NCBI GenBank assembly: GCA_038087875.1
Contig: JAXLNO010000055.1
Location: forward strand, 1 to 43,784
Direction: 5' to 3'
From: Malacoraja senta
Lineage: Eukaryota
DNA: 43,784 nt
This document shows, one piece after another, positions 33,761 through 43,784 of this stretch; the first letter of the stretch is position 1, and every line of letters starts with the position of its first letter. The translations under genes and the position numbers were made by a program. The notes under the pieces are model-generated. The model worked only from the letters and a program-made list of their open reading frames with translations, ran no database searches and was not told the DNA's origin.

Positions 33761-33870
33761 ATGGTGTCCACGTCTACTAGTGTTGCATTCTGTTCTGCAG
33801 TAAATTGTTCCAATCACCAATGTAGGCGACCCCACTTGTCTTTCTTCAGGTTCCCCATTAAGGAGGAAAG
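33761..33870 (+). pseudogene. Transposase exon 1, THAP zinc-finger N-terminal half
   Basis: gccATGG Kozak context; MVSTSTSVAFCSAVNCSN...LSFFRFPIKEER; donor gtaag at 33871, phase 2. Confidence 0.85.
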
Positions 33871-34251
33871 GTAAGAAAACATTTATTACTTCTGTGGCAT
33901 ATTGAAAATGTTATTTAGCCTGTTCAATCTCTCACTGTAGTTAGATCATAGAGCTCAGATAGTCGAGTCCTCATGGCAACATCCTTGTAAAAATCTTCTC
34001 TTTCTACCTCTCTGTTATTTAATACAGAATAAGAACATATTGACTCTGTTTTATACTGACAATTGTATGAAGTCTGCCCGAACTCTCACTATAGTTCAGA
34101 GCTGGGTGCTCCCCTTTGTCCCAGGTACAGTCGAGGCCTCATGGCAACATCCTTGTAAAAATCTTCTCCTCAAGAGCATTTTCTTTCTACCTCTGTCATT
34201 TTAATGTAGAATAAGAACATATTGACTGCATAATATTTTCTGTAATTTCAG

Positions 34252-34517
34252 ATGTCGACAGTGGGTCCAGAATACTCGTCGACATGATCTCCTACAGCGA
34301 ACTGCGGAGTATTTGTCAAATAACTGCCGTCTTTGTTCTGAGCATTTCGAACTTGACCAGTTTCCCACAAGCAGGCCAAGAACAGGCTAAATTGGAATGC
34401 AGTTCCAACGCTCTTTGACATCACTAACCCGTGAAACATCTGTCTACCCAACGCAGGATACTGAAGAGGAAGAATGAGAACCTCCCATCTTCACCGAAGC
34501 TTCAAAGCAGCAAAGAG
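34252..34517 (+). pseudogene. Transposase exon 2, THAP C-terminal half (frameshifted)
   Basis: Acceptor tttcag; in phase with exon 1: RCRQWVQNTRRHDL...CRLCSEHFE, then shifted NRLNWNAVPTLFD (AVPT box); donor gcaagt at 34518. Confidence 0.85.
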
Positions 34518-35058
34518 GCAAGTAATTTTTAAATTCACATTTATTTTCTCACTTATGTTGAATTACAAAGCTGGATCCTAACTGATACAATTGTCAGTGG
34601 CACAATATGTAATAACATGTATGACACTGATATTTTCATGTGTGAGATGTTCGAGAACATTCCAGAGCAAACACCGGAACGCCGCTCACCAACCCTGTGT
34701 CTCGGCGGCATGCGGCCACCATCAGCCGTGGTGAGAGAGGAGCGGGCAAAGAGGGATCCTGACTGGGACCGGAGCAACGGACAGCTGCAGTAAGCAACGC
34801 GTCCTGGGAGACAGTTTCATGCAAGATCATTATTTAACTTTCAATTTCACTTCGGAGTCACGTGAGTGACTACGTGAAGAACCCGCCAGCCCGCATGCAC
34901 GTCATTATGTCTACTGCATGGCGCCACGACTGGCTGACAGGCGCGTCGCTCCTGCCACCGGTAAGTTAAATGACCCGCAGGTAAGTTCTAGAGCTTATTC
35001 TGAGGTCGTGTATTCGTTCAAACTTGTTTTGCAGGGTCGCTACAAGTTGAACGAGAAA

Positions 35059-36290
35059 TATGGACAAAATGAAGACTAGACGGTCCGCGGGGAGATCCGT
35101 ACAGAAGACCGCGGGACCGCGGGTAGCGGCGGGACGTCAACTTCACCACCCCAGCCGCTGATGATAATTCCAGTGACTGCAGACTTGGTGTCTCTGCAGA
35201 GCACCGTGGCTATCCCGAGGGGGGGGGGGGAAGCCAAGCAGAAGTCTGCGAGGCCTATAGACTCAGTTGAGTCAGGCCAGGAGGGTGCAACTCCCACTAT
35301 GGATAGCGTCGCCAGATGCCTGTCCCGAATGGAGCACCTGATGGAGAGGATGCTCCAACATGATACACTCCTTAGATCGGAGTTATATCAGCGCGGGTCT
35401 CCGAGAGAGCCCGCGGCAGCACCTGATACAGGGCTACTAGATGTCTCCCTCTCTGAGGAGGGCATCCATAGTCAGTTGTGGGCTGACTCAGAGTTGGGCA
35501 ATATGTCGAGTGGGCATACTAAGATGCACAGGCAGTGAGGAACAGAGACACTCACCATAGCATCAAAATTTGCGATGCCATCACAAACTGGAGAGCCGCT
35601 CGAAGAAGAACTGGCGGCAAATATCAACTATCTGGTTATACACCAGTTTCAAGACGAAGTAATGGTTGACACGGCCATGAGGCATCACACACCCATTAAC
35701 TGTGCATCTTTAAGTGTGCCGGCTGTCAACAGCTCAATATGGAATCATCTGGGTGGAGGCATAAGGAACCAGGAGGCACAACTCCTGACAATTCTGGGCC
35801 TGCTGGCTTCAGGCATCACGGTTTTTGCCACCTCAGTGAATGGAGTTCCGTTGTCGGAGGACCAACAAGATGCGCTTGCTCTACTATGCAACGCGCACTT
35901 TGAGATCAATTGCTACCGAAAGAATGCCATCCGGCCTACCCTCAATCCTAAATTTGCAGCATTATGTAAACCCAGTCGCCGAACTACCTATTTGGGGAAA
36001 ACCTACCTAAACAGGTCAAAGACCTGGATGACGAGGCGAAAGCATTGGGGCTAATCCAGGCTTCATCAGCCAACAGAGTTTTGGCTTTCCGGCGGCAGCA
36101 TCCATATGCCTCTGCCAGCAGCAATCATTTCCCTGAAGCTGGTAGCAGCATGAAGTCGGAGAATTATGAGTCAAAGTCTTTTTTAGGGCATGGCCAAGGC
36201 CGGCCCTCCTCCAAAATGCGCACCTGACATACTCCAGGAGCTCTACCCCCCAGAGCTCGGGGACGGAAATTCATTCCACGGAGCCGCCAA
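35059..36290 (+). pseudogene. DIRS-B gag-like ORF1 (frameshifted)
   Basis: ORFs 35161..35538, 35575..36054 and 36045..36227, homologous to DIRS-A ORF1. Confidence 0.75.
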
Positions 36291-37091
36291 GTACCATGAA
36301 GGTAGGTGGATATGGTTTATTTTAGAACATAGGGTGTGCACCACTCACAAGTTAGGGAATTAGCTAATTTAAACCTTCGCATTATTAAACCTTTGGCATT
36401 ACAGAGACGCAGGAGTCACCAGTTCCTTTACGGTACAAGTACTAACCACCTAGAGTTAATGGGTGCACGCTATGGGTTAAGACTAATTGCGTGAATATGC
36501 ATCAACTGCATGTTCAACTTTAATTAACAACACCACAGCAGTGGCTTATAGTTAATTACATGGGTGAATTAAGGCCATATGCTATGTTAATTGGCTACCT
36601 TATTTACACTGATGAATTGCAAGGAATATCTGAATGTCACCTACCTACCTGTCAGGTAGACTCAATATAATGTTAGACACCGGGGTATGATAATTCAGTG
36701 ATACATCAGAATGGATACAATAATATAGTTACCGGTATGGACAATGGATATCGATTCGTCTGTGTGCAGACTAAGTCACCAGTTATTAAGCATGTTGCAC
36801 GTATGCAAGGCCCATAGGCAGAGGAGGTGGAGGTACCCCCGCTACTCCGGGGAAGGATGTGCTTTTATACATTTCCCCCGTTCTGCCTTCATCAGGCGCT
36901 TGCTTATGGTCAGGCGAGACCTGCCTCAGGCTTCCTGGTAAACCCAGGCTGGCCGACATAGCCATGGTTCTCTATTCGGGGTATGATCACCCTTTTATGG
37001 CCGTCCCCAAGGCAGTATCTGCATTCCACCCTGTAACAGAGGGAGGGGTAAAACATCCTCTCCATGACTAAATTAAATTATTGGTTCACAG

Positions 37092-38552
37092 AGTCTGAGA
37101 AGACCTTTCCTGGGGCTCGGATTGACTGAACGCACGGTGAATGTACTGACTGCAGCCTGGAGAGACAGTACGAAGAAACAATACGTTTCCCATATTAGGA
37201 AGTGGGACGAGTACTGTTCGCTAGCCAATATATCATATGGCTCAGCACACATAACCGATGTGTTAGAGTTTCTCTCCAAACTATTTTTTGAAAAGAATTT
37301 GAGTTATAGTGCTATTAACTGTGCCAGAAGTGCACTATCTGCGTATCTGGGGCCAATATTGGGACAACATCCTGTTGGGTCCTTCCGGTCGAGAGCATCC
37401 TTACCAACTGCATCACAGTATGGTATGGCAACTGCTCTGTCTCCGACCGGAAAGCACTGCAATTGCCCAACGCATCACCGGTTCCTCACTCCCCTCCATT
37501 GAGTCTGTCCAAAGCAAGCGTTGTCTGCGAAGGGCACTCAGCATCGTCAAGGACTGCTCTCACTCCAACCACAGACTGTTTACCCTCCTACCATCCGGGA
37601 GGCGCTACAGGTCTCTCCGTTGCCGGACCAGCAGGTCCAGGAACAGCTTCTTCCCTGCGGCGGTTACACTACTCAACACTGTACCTCGGTGACTGCCAAT
37701 CACCCCCCCCCCCGGACACTCCTCCCACCAAGATTTATTAGATTTATTTATTTATTGCTCATATTTATGTCGCTCTTCTAGGGAGATGCTAACTGCATTT
37801 CGTTGTCTCTGTACTGTACACTGCACAATGACAATAAAGTTGAATCTGAATCTGAATCTGGGTCACACCCTCTAGTGTCCAGGTTCATGAAGGGCATCTT
37901 CAACACTAAACCTCCCAGGCCCAGATATACGGAAATATGGGATGTAGGCACAGTATTAACTCTGCTCCGCCGGTGGGCACCGGCAACATCCCTGTCCCTG
38001 TCCCAGCTCACATACAAAGTAGTGATGCTCATGGCGCTGGTGTAAGCGCAACGGGCCCAGTCGTTACACAATCTCCGACTGGACCGAATGAACATATCTG
38101 CCAATAGCATAACGTTCTACGTGTATGACCTAGTTAAGCAAAGCAGACCAGGTACATCCGGTCTCAAGCTGTGTTTTGCGGCTTACCCCTTGGACATCCG
38201 GCTATGTGTGGTAACACACCTACAACTTTATATTAAGGTCACTAAAAGCCTCAGGGGCTCGGAACTAGCATTATTTGTTAATTTTAAGAAACCTCATAAT
38301 AAGGTTTCAGTTCAGACCATTTCCAGGTGGCTGAAACAGGTCCTGGCATATGCAGGAGTTAATACTGATTATTTTAAATATCACTCCACCAGGGCAGCAT
38401 CAACGTTAGCAGCGAGGACAATGGACGTCCCGCTAGACCATATACTAGCAACCGCAGGATGGTCAGGAGAACGTACATTTCAGGCATTATATAATAAACC
38501 TGTCACCAGACCAAGGGCTTTTGCCAACACCGTTTTAAGTTCTGTTACATAG
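37092..38552 (+). pseudogene. DIRS-B tyrosine recombinase, split by a Rex1 insertion, one premature stop
   Basis: AAWRDSTKKQY, INCARSALS, HPLVSRFMKG, AQRAQS, VKQSRPG, YHSTRAAS, TAGW, FQALY; stop taa at 38043-38045. Confidence 0.9.
37382..37858 (+). mobile_element. Rex1/Babar 3' end with (gaatct)n tail
   Basis: LFTLLPSGRRYRSLRCRTSRSRNSFFP; tgggtc duplicated at 37376-37381 and 37859-37864. Confidence 0.9.
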
Positions 38553-39185
38553 TTTCCCTGGATGAGAGGATCTACTATTATTATGATTTGTCCATTAAAA
38601 ACATCAGCATGTTTTCAAAAATTTGTCATGTCTGAATGCACTTATCTCTCATCCTTGGTCAACCTATACAGTTGCGTGGCTTGGACTTTTGTCCACGGCA
38701 TGAAATCACAGAGCTTCGAAGTCTTCACGTAGTCACTCACGTGACTCCGAAGTGAAATAGTAAGATTAAACGAGAACTTACCAGTTTGAAGTTTGATTAT
38801 TTTATGAGGAGTTACGATGAGGGATTACGTGCCCTCCGCTTCCAACCCTCTCTCATAAAGGTCAGCTCGTAGTTCTAGTTTCTCGAATCTTACTATATTC
38901 AGTTCATCAACCGTTATCTGTGATTTCACACCGCTGCTTTGAAGATTGAAGCGCATGCGGGCTGGCGGGTCTTCACGTAATCCCTCATCGTAACCCCTCA
39001 TAAAATAAAGATCAAACTTCAAACTGGTTGGTTCTCATTTAATCTTACTATTATTGTAGCCTGAAATTGGTGCATCACATTAATGAGAATTACCAGTAGA
39101 TGCTGATTTATTTACATGTATATGCTAAATCCATTTCATTTATATACCTCTTTTAACCCCTTTCTAACTTTTTTTTCCTTGGCAG

Positions 39186-41415
39186 TGCCACACAACATAC
39201 AGGCCGACCATTCTTACTGCTTAGCTGTGGACCAGATTCGTGAGAATAGACTTCAATTCACACCAGATGTAAATCACAGAAGAGCTCTGAAGAATGAAAT
39301 ACAGCGTACTTTCCGCCTCAAGAAAAGGGTGCAACAGATGAAGAAATCAACGAAAAAGGGAACTACAGAAAGCAATGCAATTAGTGACTTGATCGGAGGA
39401 GAATTTTTACTAGAACCAGCAAAGTCTTTCTTTGCATCACAATTGCGGAATGCGTCAGGACGTAGAAGAGCAAGAGGAAGACGATGGAATTATTCAGACA
39501 AGGTACTTGCCTTGTCCCTCTACCACCAGAGTCCCCGAGCATATCAGTTGTGCCAGTGCATGTTCACACTTCCATCAATTTCATCCCTGCGTAGATGGTT
39601 CCGTAAAGTTCGGGGTTTCCCCCTGAGACCTTGGAGCTTTTGAAGGACAGGGTAGCTGGCATGACAGAGAAGGATACATTCTGTATCGTCTCCTTTGATG
39701 AAATGAGTCTACGTGCAGGCCTCTCGTACAATATTACTGAAGATACAGTCGAAGGTTTTGAGGACTTTGGATCGCTAGGGAAGACGTCAGGCCTGTCCAC
39801 CATGCTCTTGTTTTCATGGTTAGAGGCCTGTTTGGGAAATGGAAACAGCCTGTAGGTTACTTTCTGTGGTAAGACTGCACAAGGGTGGACAAACTGCAAA
39901 TAATACTCAATGAATGCTTACATAAGGTTAAGGCTATTGGACTACAGCCTAATGCCGTGGTTTGTGACCAAGGCCCAAGCAATGTTCGACTCTACAACAA
40001 GTTGGGTGTGACAGAAAATCATCCTTTCTTCATCCACGGAGAAGCCAAGATCTTTTGCCTGCATGACCCGCCACACTTGCTAAAAAACACGAGATCAAAT
40101 TTGGAGAAGTATGTTTTTGAGGTCATTGGAGAGGATGGCAGAAAGAAACGTATCAAATGGGCACATATTCACGCATTTTTGGAAATTGAATCACAGTTGC
40201 ACCTTAGAAAAGTCCATAAACTGACCAGAGGCCACTTTGTTCTGAACAGCTTCTCTAAAATGAGAGTCAACAAAGCAGCGCACGTGCTCAGCCATTCGGT
40301 AGCATCAGGCGTGTAAACCTATTCATCTATTGGAAAGCTGTCTGGGGAGGGAGGCTGCTTATACTGCGGAGTTCATTGCAATGATAGACGGACTGTTTGA
40401 TGCATTTAACAGCAGGTGTCTCAAGGCCAAAACAATTTTGAGGAGGCCCATGTCTGAAAACTCTGCGCATTGGTCATTCTTTGAATCATGCTTGCCTGTA
40501 CTGCAAAGATTCAATGTGCTGGGAGCAAACAATGTATTGTTTGTCAAAGGATGGCGGCTTGCAATTTCTTGCATTTCACAGCTGTGGCAGCACATAATGG
40601 AAAAATACAGGCACTCGTTTCATGCTCACATCCAGGCTTAATCAGGATGTCGTTGAGAATTTATTCTCCACCATTCGGCGAAAGGGCGGATTCCGAGAAA
40701 ACCCATCAGTGAAGGAGTGCTTTAGAATGGTCATGGCAGCTGAACTTATAAAGCCAGTTCTGAGTGGCTTTATCAATTCTGAGTGTAAACCGTTCCCCTG
40801 ACAATGCAAAATTTCTCTTGACACTGCAAACACTGACAAAGGACAGAGTCAAGAAACCATCTTCATCTCTCTCCCATACCAATAGGACACAACAGAACAA
40901 TGTAGTTTGCAGCATTTCACTTGATCTCCCTGAAGAGAATACACTGGCTTACATCGCAGGCCACATCTCTTGTAGAATCCTCACCACACATGAACTGACC
41001 TCAACATGTCACACATGCAGAGAAGTTCTGCTACGACCTGATACCACCTTAGTTGATCCTGCCCTCATATTCATGCACCATAAGGTATATGACACATCGA
41101 CATCTGACTTCGGCTCCCTGATGGTGTCTTCTGAACACTTTCTCACGTTCTGTGGGATGTGCGAGAAAGTGTTCTGCACAGAAGTTGACAATGTTAACAT
41201 GAGCAGGTACAACATTTCCCATCTAATAAATACAGCAATACACAATACTCAGGAATACAAGGACATAAACTTGCTGCCAGAGAATCAAGGCACGAATTGT
41301 AGCAATCTTTGTGAGTGTCCACATACGTTATGGACTCACATTTAAGAATAGAAACCTGCAGGACTTGACCATTAAAAGGAAGTGTAGGAAAGTTCAAAAA
41401 GTAGCACATAAGTAA
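39186..41415 (+). pseudogene. P-element (THAP9-related) transposase main exon, multiple frameshifts/stops
   Basis: DHSY, SPRAY..LPSISSL, FDEM, WKQP, VCDQG, HDPPHLLK, KMRV..A, LNQDVVENLFSTIR, YIAG..CxxC; basic C-terminus ending taa at 41413-41415. Confidence 0.92.
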
Positions 41416-43149
41416 AGTACATGATGTTGTTGAATTATATATTGATGAAATAAACTCATTTATGTAGATAGTGTGAAATTGTGATTTGTTAACTGCACAA
41501 AACAATGCAAATGGCGATTTATTTATTATTGTATCTACGTTGGACATTTTGCCCTTTGGTGTAAGCAGGGGTGGGGCTACCATTGTGTTACATACGTTGA
41601 GTTGTACATCACTTTCATTGTTTAGCTGATATGCTGAACACTGCAACCCTGTATATCTCGCGCACAGAATAATGTGAATTATGTAAATCTTACCATGCAT
41701 GTCAGAAATGAAATGTGTTAACCATGTTAATGGATTTCTATTATTAATTATTTAAAATTGAGTGGTTGGTGCAATATTGGTGTAATATACTGCTAATGTG
41801 TCGTTATCAGATATTCAGCTTTAAAAAGAGAAATAAATCACACTAAAAGGGAAAATATGCCTATGTTCCTTCCACAGCGTGTAGGGAGTCTGGCCCGGAT
41901 CAGCACGGCTGGGACACCAGGGTGAAGTTACGGGGAGATTTACAATGTTTTTAAATTTAATGTTGTCTCTTATCTAGTCCGAAATAAAGTTTATGATTAG
42001 AATTAAAAATCTGGAGAAATATATATGTGTGTTATATGATTATATACATTTATATCACATTCATATATATGTGTGTGTGTATGTGTATCTAATCAGTTGT
42101 ATGCTCGCTGAATAAAACCATCTTAAGTTATACATCATTTGTAAATCTTGTTCAAAACAAATTTTATTTTGTGAAAGACTTCATTCAGATAACCCCACCA
42201 TTACAGACAGATCTCATTCCACTCTCTGGCTATTGGGAAGACCAGACCCATTTTATTGTTGAGAAACAACTCCATAGACACAAAAAACATGAAGGTGTAG
42301 CGGCCCCTGCTGGCGTACGCAGAGATCGAACCCGGCGTTCGAAAGCCGCGGTCACGTGACTCGGGAGGGGCCGCTTGTTTTGCGCGGTTTTCACTTGCAC
42401 GCGTTAGTTCAGCGCTGACCACCGTTGTGGGCAGACGTGTCTGAGAACCTGTATACTGGAAATCCAACTTGTGAATAAAGATCTGTTGGAAACCCCAGTT
42501 GTCGTTCTTCAGACGTTCGCCAAAAAGGAACATTCCAAGAGTAGAGCAACTGCAATCTTCATATTGCTATTATTTTTCCAAATACTGCAGTTGTGAACAG
42601 TGTGATTAGATGAATGAATTACAGAGTGCAAGTTAATATAAAAGCAACTCAAACACAGCACATGAGCCATTTAAAAAGAAATGTTTAAAAAAACATTAAA
42701 AGAAAATTAACAGAATCATAATTTATAAACATATTAATCTTTAACAAAAATGAACAGAATTATGAATTATGTATCTAACCCTATATCACACACAAACTGT
42801 TCCCCCGCAACGCTGATTACACTGCGAGAGGGATATACAAAGTCGGGTCGGGTTACTGAAATGGCCCACATTCCGCTCCGTTGCGTACTACAAATCAGCC
42901 CATTGGATTTAGCAGGAGTGGACTATCTTGCTCGCTATAGGATCTTTGATTACAATGGCTCAGTGGCTGTGCTTCCCTTGGAGAGGCTGCCTTGCCTGTA
43001 TTGATGAGACGCAAGCAGGCAGGCCTCACCTCAGAGGGTTCACTCTTGTTTGAAACCCTTCAATTTGTGCTCGCCCCATGCGATTCTCATTCTCCAATTT
43101 GAGGTCAAAACGCAACAGCCCGCCCTCGTCTCTCTCTCCCTCCCATTGG

Positions 43150-43372
43150 CAAGCGCAATATATTTCAAGGGGGCTAGAATACAAAAGCAGGGATGTAATG
43201 CTGAGACTCTAGAAGGCGCTGATCAGGCCGCATTGGAAGCATTGTGAGCAGTTTTGGGCACCATATCTGAGGAAGGATGTACTGGCTCTGCAGAGGGTCC
43301 AGAGGAGGTTTACAAGAATGATGCCAGGAATAAGTGGGTTAACATATGATGAGCGTTTGACGGCACTGGAGC
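43150..43372 (+). mobile_element. CR1 fragment
   Basis: gagcagttttgggcaccatatctgaggaaggatgtactggctctg... Confidence 0.8.
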
Positions 43373-43611
43373 TAGATATTGTGGAATTTTTATGGACATC
43401 TTCAACCCCTCATTACTAAGGTCCACGGTTCCCACCTGCTTTATAACATTAAAGAACTTTGAACATTCCATGATTTGGTATGGTTTACTTTAGAGATAAA
43501 GCATGGAAACAGGCCTGTCGGCCCATCGAGTCCATGTTGTGTAGCAATCATCCGTACACTAGTCTATCCTACATGAGTATGTCCATGAATACTTCTACAT
43601 GTGCGCGGTCG

Positions 43612-43784
43612 AGAGCATGTAGATTGGTTGCATCACGGGCTGGTTCAGCTTCTCAAACTCCTAGAAACAAAGGAGATTACAAGGAATGGTGAACACTGCC
43701 CAGTCCATCATGTACTGACCCTTCCACAATTGAAGGGATCTACAGGAGGCACTGTCTCAAAGGCATCATCACGGACCCCCACCA
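43612..43784 (+). mobile_element. Decayed Rex1/Babar C-terminal fragment
   Basis: GCITGWF...RLQGMVNTAQSI...IYRRHCLK...IITDPH. Confidence 0.7.

Larger units (their letters stand above)
34844..39052 (+). mobile_element. DIRS1-like element (DIRS-B) with deleted/decayed pol, inside transposase intron 2
   Basis: Left ITR 34844-34905, ICR 38722-38831, right ITR 38946-39052; gag and YR recognisable; att at both junctions. Confidence 0.95.
33580..42948 (+). mobile_element. P-element-superfamily DNA transposon (THAP-transposase), with nested DIRS
   Basis: ~37-bp TIRs: caaagatcctatagcggagcaagatggaccactcctgc (33580) and the reverse complement of gcaggagtggactatcttgctcgctataggatctttg (ends 42948); they enclose THAP and transposase exons. 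Confidence 0.9.

Noticed and set aside
39116..41415. Host THAP9 or THAP12 gene
   Set aside because: Flanked by TIRs and broken by several frameshifts and stops; it is a transposon copy, so no gene symbol is given
42985..43060. Possible hammerhead (ttgatgag...gaaac) with hairpin
   Set aside because: The core begins TTGATGA rather than CTGATGA, and I could not build consistent stems I and III

Overview
Vertebrate genomic DNA, almost certainly from a cartilaginous fish (skate/ray-like repeat set; an inference from the repeat families, not a database match). About 90% of the window is nested transposable elements, and no intact host gene can be supported. Non-LTR content: many CR1 LINE fragments (one near-full-length copy with esterase ORF1 and APE/RT ORF2 at ~27960-31470), Rex1/Babar, L2 and Crack/Daphne-like LINE ends, a V-SINE piece, and Penelope-like elements (GIY-YIG end plus pseudo-LTR with decayed hammerhead-ribozyme cores). 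There are two complete DIRS tyrosine-recombinase retrotransposons (21442-26151, 34844-39052) and an orphan DIRS left end (33193). A ~9.4-kb P-element-superfamily DNA transposon (33580-42948) carries a spliced THAP-transposase pseudogene with one DIRS nested in its second intron. The backbone is segmentally duplicated (two direct copies and one inverted copy), so empty pre-insertion sites can be read inside the window. The most notable observations are: (i) a phase-0 splice donor/acceptor pair, conserved in both DIRS, that would join the pol start codon to the recombinase and remove RT/RNaseH/methyltransferase as an intron; (ii) two independent DIRS insertions at the identical nucleotide of CR1; (iii) a P-element-type excision footprint with a perfect 8-bp TSD; (iv) co-varying DIRS termini and internal complementary regions. 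Boundaries of decayed fragments are approximate.
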